NCBI GenBank assembly: GCA_963693365.1
Contig: CAVNZM010000013.1
Coordinates: 1,451,817-1,515,816 of the forward strand
DNA from: Amoebidium appalachense
Lineage: Eukaryota > Protista > Ichthyosporea
Direction of reading: 5' to 3'
Length of the DNA: 64,000 bases
Shown here piece after piece: positions 63,843 through 64,000 of this stretch; position 1 is the first letter of the stretch, and each line of letters opens with the position of its first letter. Position numbers and translations under genes: made by a program. The notes beneath the pieces are model-generated. The model ran no database searches. It saw only the letters and a program-made list of their open reading frames with translations, and had not been told where the DNA came from.

Positions 63843-64000
63843 GGGGAACCCCAACTAATTGATTTCTCCTTGTAGTCTTTATGGTGTCTCGTAGAGAAAG
63901 TAAACCCTGATATATAGTCACCACCCGACATCTATGTACGTGATCATGATATACCGCTGAGGGGATATTCCGAGCAAACCCCCCCCCCCCCCATACCTGA
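61601..64000 (+). mobile_element. LINE copy 4, 5'-truncated; runs off the window within the post-poly(A) tail
   Basis: Near-identical to copies 1 and 2 from QKPIVW onward. Confidence 0.95.
61602..63704 (+). CDS. LINE ORF2 fragment, reverse transcriptase domain
   Basis: Open frame with all RT motifs; lacks the endonuclease and the native start. Confidence 0.8.
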   Translation, partial: QKPIVWPVDPSIPIESILPFFSPDAIWSVISSYSSSKSCGPDGLPAGFLKILVPSYPQKESDRAIKPDLTIMLSSLFSWCVKCGHVPSSWLDTLVIPIVKKDSEGPISSFRPITLTQVVRRFFEACLLRLFAHHPRFQSILHIHPCQSAFRKNNSCYVQIMALHDSMQVGAQYVGFIDWKTAYDSVSPGLLWEKLAARGVPHCIGVLLEALLSQTYGRAVVNGHLSYGFARTRGLLQGSLLSPFLFNLFIDDLAVKIYAENDDPINNFPPALLYADDLSLLARTPRRLQRLFDVVSEWCKANLMILNIDKCGVLVPDIANNLHTFTLSSKPVPIVPEYKYLGVPVDSVGVMFPHMVEKRVELARKRLAFFSANIFKDTPLHPSIRLAFIRTFVFPACEYGLPLLAAWIKKERTRALKPLANFLEAEVASFLSNNCCKPGPVTLSIYGLVPIAARVSYLALKFNKHISRLKKYLPSHPLFSIRPVPSSPLPSFLPSLSPSPLGTNTNKPRNSVCVTLDCHLLIKHVHNHKIITQYNKWKKIPHDTRPDESIHLEKLSLMSRFIYTDRLNHIAKYGTRKCITPKYILPSCRTGLSLADGIIDQLPRFYCTRAIQWRSNKYKVASFACPNNTHTHQFNRSCIAKCSLIDHIIPQHTHVTFTTDTQKDSLPVNYNILDFILNTRNYDLFIRCIDWLEKHITTKL

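Overview
Eukaryotic genomic DNA with spliceosomal GT-AG introns packed with (CA)n/(GA)n microsatellites and G/C homopolymers. The organism cannot be identified from the sequence, and most of the supplied ORFs are repeat artefacts. Host genes: the 3' end of a berberine-bridge-type FAD oxidase, three DUF4436-like membrane protein paralogs (two intact, one pseudogene), a 5-exon sigma-like glutathione S-transferase, and a head-to-head pair of intronless choloylglycine hydrolase/penicillin V acylase family genes (one intact, one pseudogene). Mobile DNA: four near-identical copies plus one old relic of an APE-RT non-LTR retrotransposon, a decayed Ty3/Gypsy-derived LTR element with matching LTRs that hosts the full-length LINE, two MITEs, a dispersed intronic repeat and a ~4.9 kb degenerate palindrome. 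The most unusual object is the LINE. Its poly(A) is internal and is followed by a fixed ~195 nt tail. Its 3' UTR is complementary to the start of ORF2. Its three readable insertions fall in promoter regions, and their flanks echo the element's own last 30 nt.
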